A stretch of DNA of 40,782 nt from Aeromonadaceae bacterium (lineage in GTDB: Bacteria > Pseudomonadota > Gammaproteobacteria > Enterobacterales > Aeromonadaceae). The notes under the pieces are model-generated. The model did not search any database and was not told the origin of the DNA. It was given only the letters and a program-made list of their open reading frames with translations. Position numbers and translations under genes: made by a program. The DNA lies in contig JBFHKO010000001.1 in NCBI GenBank assembly GCA_041595355.1, positions 1-40,782 of the forward strand, in the 5' to 3' direction. This document shows, in pieces, positions 35,860 to 40,782 of this stretch; the first letter of the stretch is position 1; each line of letters starts with the position of its first letter.

Positions 35860-36474
35860 ATGTCCCAATATGAAACCATCGAGCAGAAGGCCAGCTACGG
35901 TATCGGCCGCCAGATCGGCGACCAACTGGCCAATCAGTCTTTTGAAGGCCTGGCACTGTCCGCCGTGCAGCAAGGCATCGAAGACGCCCTGCTCGACAAG
36001 GCGTTTGCCGTCAGCCGTGAGGAGATCGGTGAAGCGTTCCGCCTGCTGACCGAGCGTCTGGAGGCCGAAGAGCAGGCCCGTGGCGAGAAGATGGGCGCCG
36101 AAGGCCAAGCGTTCCTGGCAGCCAATGCCGAGCGTCCGGAAGTACAGGTGACCGAGTCCGGCCTGCAGTACGAAGTGCTCCAGGCTGGCGAGGGTGCCGT
36201 TCCTTCCCGCAATGACAAGGTTCGCGTGCACTATCATGGCACCTTCACCGACGGTCAGGTCTTCGATAGCTCGGTGCAGCGCGGCGAGCCTGCCGAGTTC
36301 CCGGTAGGTGGCGTGATCCCGGGCTGGGTCGAGGCACTGCAACTGATGCCGGCCGGCTCCAAGTGGAAGCTGTTCATCCCTCACAATCTGGCCTACGGCG
36401 AGCGCGGTGCCGGCAGCATTCCTCCCTACTCCGCCCTGGTGTTCGAAGTAGAACTGCTGGACGTGCTGGGCTAA
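35860..36474 (+). CDS. fklB: FKBP-type peptidyl-prolyl cis-trans isomerase
   Basis: 204 aa. N-terminal dimerisation helices, then SGLQYEVLQAGEG..P...D.V.VHY.GT..DG.VFDSS..RG.P.EFP...VI.GW.EAL.LM..GSKW.L.IP..LAYGERG. Confidence 0.92.
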   Translation: MSQYETIEQKASYGIGRQIGDQLANQSFEGLALSAVQQGIEDALLDKAFAVSREEIGEAFRLLTERLEAEEQARGEKMGAEGQAFLAANAERPEVQVTESGLQYEVLQAGEGAVPSRNDKVRVHYHGTFTDGQVFDSSVQRGEPAEFPVGGVIPGWVEALQLMPAGSKWKLFIPHNLAYGERGAGSIPPYSALVFEVELLDVLG

Positions 36475-36496
36475 GCGTCCTCACTTTCGAAGCATG

Positions 36497-36523
36497 AAGG
36501 CCGGATTATTCCGGCCTTTTTTG
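36497..36523. terminator. Rho-independent terminator after fklB (between convergent genes)
   Basis: aaggccgg-attatt-ccggcctt followed by tttt. Confidence 0.8.
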
Positions 36524-36571
36524 ATCCGGCGGCGCTGACTCGGCAAAGAAAGGGGGCGCGCTGTCGCCGGC

Positions 36572-38724
36572 TCAGGTTCCCCGGCGCCATTGGTGATAAC
36601 GGGCCACCCAGCTCAGCAGGCGAGGGGAGACATGGGCGCGTTTCCATTCACCGGCCGCGTACTTGTTGGCTTCGGCCAGGGTGGGGTAGCTGTGGAGGGT
36701 GGACAATATCTTGTTCAGTCCCAGCTTCCAGCGCATCGCCAATACGAATTCGGCCAGCAACTCGCCGGCATGTTCGCCCACCAGGCTGACACCGAGGATG
36801 CGATCCTTGCCTGGCTGGGTCAGGACTTTGACAAAGCCCTGGGTGATGCCATCGGTAATCGCCCGGTCGAGGTCCCGCATCTCGAAGCGGGTCACTTCAT
36901 AGGCGATGCCCTGCTGCCTGGCCTCCTGCTCGTTCAGGCCGACCCGGGCGATTTCGGGATCGGTGAAGGTTGTCCAGGGAATGGCGCTGTAGTCGACCTT
37001 GAATTTGCGCAGGCTGCCGAACAGGGCATTGACGGTGGCATACCAGGCCTGATGACCGGCGGTATGGGTAAACTGATAGGGCCCGGCCACATCACCGGCC
37101 GCGAAGATGTTGGGGTAGAGGGTCTCCAGATAGTCGTTGGTCTGCACGGTGCGCTGCGTCGGAATACCGAGCTCCTCAAGACCGAAACCGCTCAGTCGCG
37201 GGGCGCGTCCGACGGCACACAGCAGCATGTCGAATTCGAGGCGCTGAGTCTGGCCCGCATGCTCGACCAGCAGGCATTTATGTTCTGCTTCGCGTTCGCA
37301 GCCGAGGGCCCGGTGGCCGGTGAGCACGCGGATGCCATCGGCCTCCAGAGCCTGTCGAGCAACATCTGATACCTCCTCATCTTCATGACTCAGGATCCTG
37401 GGGCCCATCTCGATCTGAGTCACCTGCGAGCCCAGGCGCGCCAGTGCCTGAGCCAGCTCGCAGCCGATGGGACCGCCACCCAGTATGATGAGTCGCCTGG
37501 GCGCGGCATCCAGTTGGGCCAATGCCTCCCACAGGGTATCCGAGGTGAGATACCCCACCTCGTCGAGACCCGGCAAGGGGGGCACTGCCGGGCGGGCACC
37601 GGCGGCGATGATGATGCTGCGGGCCGTCAGGCGCTCGGTGTGGCCATCGGGCGTCTCAATCTCGACGGTCCAGGGATCGCACAGGCGGGCATACCCTTGG
37701 CGCACCTCGACCCCGAGGGTGGTGTAACGCTCAACGCTGTCATGAGGGGCGACGCGGCGGATCACCTCATGCACCCGGGCCATCACCTGACGAAATGAAA
37801 CCTGCGGCGGCATGCCGGTCAGGCCGTAGCGTTCGGCGTGACGCAGCTGATGGGCCAGTTTGGCGCTGCGGATCAGGGCCTTGCTGGGGACACAACCGTA
37901 ATTCAGGCAGTCGCCGCCCATCTTGTGGGCCTCGATGAGGGTCACCTTGGCTTTCACGGCGGCGGCAATGTAGGCGCTGACCAGACCGGCCGCGCCGGCC
38001 CCGATGACAATGAGGTTGCGCTCGAAACGGGCGGGCTTACGCCAACGGGCATAGATCCGCCGCCGCTGCCAGACGCCGACCGCCAGTTTGGCTAGCCAGG
38101 GAAAGAGACCCAGCAGTGCAAAGGAGAGCAGCAGCCCCGGTGACAAGATGCCGCCGAGGTGGGTGAGTTGCGCCAGCTGGGTGCCGGCGTTGACGTACAC
38201 CAGGGTGCCGGCCAGCATGCCAATCTGACTGACGCCGTAGAAGGTTGCCCCGCGCATCGGCGTCAGCCCCATCAGCAGATTGATGAGGAAAAAGGGAAAC
38301 ACCGGTATCAGACGCAAGGTGAACAGATAGAAGGCGCCATCCCGGGCGATGCCGGCGTTGACCGCCTCGAGCCGTTCGCCAAAGCGCGCCTGCACACTGT
38401 CGCGCAGCAGATAGCGGGCGGACAGGAAGGCCAGCAAGGCGCCAATACTGGATGCGAACGACACTAGTATGGTTCCCCAGAGCAGACCAAACAGGGCTCC
38501 TGCCGCCACTGTCATCAGCGCCGCCCCCGGCAGCGAGGGGGCGACCACCAGCACATAAACGAGGAAAAACAGTGTGGCCGCCAGGAAGGGGGAGTGCGCC
38601 CGCCATTCAAGCAGGGCGCCGAGCCCCGATTTCAATGCCGACAGGGTGAAGTAGCGCGGCAGATCGAAGGCGAAGAAGAGGATCACCATCAGGATGATGG
38701 CGAGCAGAAGTAGTCCCTTTTTCA
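36572..38724 (-). CDS. Fusion protein: N-terminal DedA/TVP38-TMEM64 membrane domain + C-terminal class-I pyridine-nucleotide-disulfide oxidoreductase (mercuric reductase/lipoamide dehydrogenase-like)
   Basis: From ATG 38724 (RBS GGAGG 6 nt upstream): MKKGLLLLAIILMVILFF... with ~6 TM helices (LRLIPVFPFFLINLLMG is DedA-type). Then NLIVIGAGAAGLVSA, the redox disulfide GGDCLNYGCVPSK, a second Rossmann motif ILGGGPIGCELA, and a C-terminal dimerisation domain ...HSYPTLAE. The track ORF adds 101 implausible upstream codons. Confidence 0.88.
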
Positions 38725-39076
38725 TGTGTGGCCTCCGAGCCTGGAATGGGCGGCCTGCTGTGTGACGGGGCCGTGTTGAGTTGGATGCGTCATGTTCGTC
38801 CCTGGTTATTCCGATGTTGGGGTCTAGATCGGGGCCGGCAGTCCGATTATTACCGCTGTGCAGCATTAAGCATTGGTCAGGATCCCGTGGCCAGCCATGG
38901 TCATTGCCATGCCGATCCGGCATGCAAATGCGAATGCGTGTAAGAAACAGTGTACCCGGGACGACAGAAGGAGTACGAAAACCCTGTTGCGAACCATTAT
39001 CCCGTTGCAGCGGTTTTCTCCCAGCCACCCGGCTGCGGGTTCAACCCACCCCATCAATTCGGATAGGAGCTTGACC

Positions 39077-39379
39077 ATGAACCAGAAAATCAGTGCCGTT
39101 TCCCTTGCGCTGGCCCTCGGCGCCGCCATGACCGTCGTTGCCGTTCCTGCCAGTGCCGCTGATGATGTGGCGGCCAAGGAGAAGTGCTTCGGCGTCGCGC
39201 TCAAGGGCAAGAATGATTGCAAGGCCGGCGCCGGCACCACCTGTGCAGGTTCGTCCAAGATAGACTATCAGGGTAATGCCTGGTCGCTGGTGCCTGCCGG
39301 CACCTGCGAGAAAACGGTGTCACCCACCTCCGCGACTGGCTATGGTCAGCTCGAAGAATTCGAGGAAGTGAAGGCCTGA
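39077..39379 (+). CDS. bufA: DUF2282 secreted Cys-containing peptide: bufferin-type RiPP precursor (BufA-like)
   Basis: 100 aa from ATG 39077 (RBS AGGAG 7 nt upstream). Sec signal [27 protein letters not shown], then [45 protein letters not shown] (4 Cys in the DUF2282 pattern). Directly upstream of a DUF692 gene. Confidence 0.85.
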   Translation: MNQKISAVSLALALGAAMTVVAVPASAADDVAAKEKCFGVALKGKNDCKAGAGTTCAGSSKIDYQGNAWSLVPAGTCEKTVSPTSATGYGQLEEFEEVKA

Positions 39380-39413
39380 ACAGGTGATTAGCCCGGGATC
39401 AGGGAGCGCTGGC

Positions 39414-40328
39414 ATGAGCACAGTCAATCAATCCGAGCGGCAGGTGCCCGCCAGCGCGCCCCCTTTCTCGGCGGTGGCCGCCTTGCCGCCGCGGGTGGGG
39501 CTCGGTCTCAAACCCGAGCACTTCGCCGAGATAGTCGACCACTGGCCGGATATCGGTTTTTTTGAGATACATGCCGAAAATTATCTGGTTCCCGGTGGCC
39601 CCTTCCACCATTACCTGACCCGCATTCGCGAGCACTACCCCCTCTCCATGCATGGCGTGGGGTTGTCCATCGGCAGCGAGGGCCCCCTTGACGGTGACCA
39701 CTTGCAGGCCTTGCGGATCTTGCTCGAACGTTATCAGCCGGGTGCGTTTTCCGAACACCTGGCCTGGTCCACCCATGGCCCGCGATTCCTGAACGATTTG
39801 CTGCCGCTGGCGTACAGCCCGGCGGCACTGTCCCGGGTCTGTGATCACATTGATGAAGTGCAGTCGATTCTGGGGCGGCGCATGCTGCTGGAAAATCCTG
39901 CCACCTATGTCGAATTCGCGCACTCGAGCTACAGCGAGCCCGACTTCATCAGTGAGGTGATCCGCCGCACCGGTTGTGGCCTGCTGCTGGATGTCAACAA
40001 TGCCTATGTGACCTGTACCAATCATGGCCTGGATGTCGATGCCTATCTGGAGCAGCTGCCGCTGCAGGCGGTAGGGGAGATCCACCTGGCCGGTTTCAGC
40101 CGTGACAGCGATACGCTGGGGGCGCCACTGCTTATCGACAGCCATGGCAGTCGGGTGGACCCGGCGGTGTGGCGCCTCTATGCCCGCATGCTGGCGCGCA
40201 TCGGCGCCCAGCCTACCCTGATCGAGTGGGACAACGAGGTGCCACCTTTCGCCACCCTTTGGGACGAGGCGCGTCGAGCCGAGGGCTTCCTGGCGGCCGG
40301 GCAACCGGCACGGGTGGTGGTCTCATGA
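39414..40328 (+). CDS. bufB: DUF692 family multinuclear non-haem iron oxidative enzyme (MNIO; BufB/MbnB-like)
   Basis: GLGLKPEHFAEI...FFEIHAENY...HGVGLSIGS...SEHLAWS...LLENPATYV...LLLDVNNAYV...GEIHLAGF...PTLIEWD are the TIM-barrel DUF692 signature blocks. I prefer ATG 39414; the track uses GTG 39384. Confidence 0.9.
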   Translation: MSTVNQSERQVPASAPPFSAVAALPPRVGLGLKPEHFAEIVDHWPDIGFFEIHAENYLVPGGPFHHYLTRIREHYPLSMHGVGLSIGSEGPLDGDHLQALRILLERYQPGAFSEHLAWSTHGPRFLNDLLPLAYSPAALSRVCDHIDEVQSILGRRMLLENPATYVEFAHSSYSEPDFISEVIRRTGCGLLLDVNNAYVTCTNHGLDVDAYLEQLPLQAVGEIHLAGFSRDSDTLGAPLLIDSHGSRVDPAVWRLYARMLARIGAQPTLIEWDNEVPPFATLWDEARRAEGFLAAGQPARVVVS

Positions 40329-40782
40329 GCGAACAACGCCGCTGGGCGGCTGCCCTGCTGGATCCCGGGCTGACGCCACCCGATGGCCTGACCACCTGGA
40401 ACGGCTCGGATCCGGCCGGACGGTTCGCCGTCTACCGCAACAATGTCATGGCGTCGCTCATCGATGCCCTGGCACAGACGTTCGCCGTCACCCGTGAGTT
40501 GGTCGGGGAGCCTTTCTTCCGCGCCATGGCCCGGGCGTTCGTGAGTGTCTCACCGCCCGGGTCACCGGTGCTGGCGTACTACGGGCGTGATTTCCCCGCC
40601 TTCATCGCCGACTTTGCGCCGGCGGCCAGTTTGCCCTACCTGGCCGAGGTCGCCCGTCTGGAAATGGCCTATGTGGAGGCCTTCCATGGACCGGATGCCA
40701 CCCCGGTATCTCCCGAGCACCTGGCGGCCGCCCTGGCCATTCCCGAGCGTCTGTCCGGCATGCAGCTCAGGCTGCATCCGAC
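40325..40782 (+). CDS. bufC: DUF2063 domain protein (MNIO partner; BufC/HvfC-like), 5' part, continuing past the right window edge
   Basis: Not in the track because it is open at the edge. ATGA overlap with the DUF692 stop. Hand translation: MSEQRRWAAALLDPGLTPPDGLTTWNGSDPAGRFAVYRNNVMASLIDALAQTFAVTRELVGEPFFRAMARAF.... FxVYRNN is the typical DUF2063 N-terminal motif. Confidence 0.85.
   Translation, partial: MSEQRRWAAALLDPGLTPPDGLTTWNGSDPAGRFAVYRNNVMASLIDALAQTFAVTRELVGEPFFRAMARAFVSVSPPGSPVLAYYGRDFPAFIADFAPAASLPYLAEVARLEMAYVEAFHGPDATPVSPEHLAAALAIPERLSGMQLRLHP

Noticed and set aside
38975-39020. Possible ECF-sigma-type promoter (GAACC ... CGGTT) or structured leader (gaaaacc ... ggttttc, direct GTTGC repeats) upstream of bufA.
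   Set aside because: The match to any ECF -35/-10 consensus I can recall is poor. The 7-bp stem encloses a 29-nt unpaired loop. The evidence is not sufficient for a feature call.
38725-39028. 101-codon N-terminal extension of the DedA-reductase ORF (track 36572-39028), and the 68-codon upstream extension of the bufA frame (38873-39076).
   Set aside because: The extensions have no RBS, are compositionally odd and would overlap each other on opposite strands. Internal ATGs at 38724 and 39077 have good Shine-Dalgarno sequences and give canonical family N-termini (a TM helix and a signal peptide respectively).

Overview
GC-rich (about 60% by eye) gammaproteobacterial chromosomal segment. The backbone is housekeeping and syntenic with Enterobacterales/Aeromonadales-type core regions: asnS; divergent bioA / bioBFCD with a BirA-type operator; htpX; ppiC; tamAB; bcp-[dapA remnant]-bamC-purC; yffB-dapE-(M15 peptidase)-ypfN; yciN; ompA; fklB. 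I saw no rRNA or tRNA genes, CRISPR arrays, transposases or integrases. Many long ORFs in the six-frame track are antisense artefacts of the high GC content. Several accessory or poorly understood modules sit in this backbone. (1) A complete four-gene Anbu operon (circularly permuted ATP-grasp, alpha-E, transglutaminase-like protease, proteasome-like Anbu peptidase) at 17.5-21.4 kb, with a well-spaced sigma-54 -24/-12 motif upstream. (2) A bufferin-type RiPP operon at 39.1-40.8 kb, cut by the window edge: DUF2282 Cys-containing secreted precursor, DUF692/MNIO enzyme, DUF2063 partner. It is divergent from a DedA(TVP38)-FAD disulfide-reductase fusion gene. (3) A heavily decayed dapA pseudogene in the otherwise conserved bcp-dapA-bamC-purC locus. 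(4) An output-less CXXCH-haem sensor plus HAMP membrane protein. (5) A GtrB-GtrA-GT-C glycosylation module with an extra unknown membrane protein. (6) Sulfur-trafficking genes: a CoA-disulfide/persulfide reductase-rhodanese fusion, and a DUF2892 gene facing a split YeeE/YedE pair. (7) A short AT-rich island carrying an XRE-family HTH gene. All calls come from reading and hand-translating the sequence and from remembered family signatures. No database search was run.
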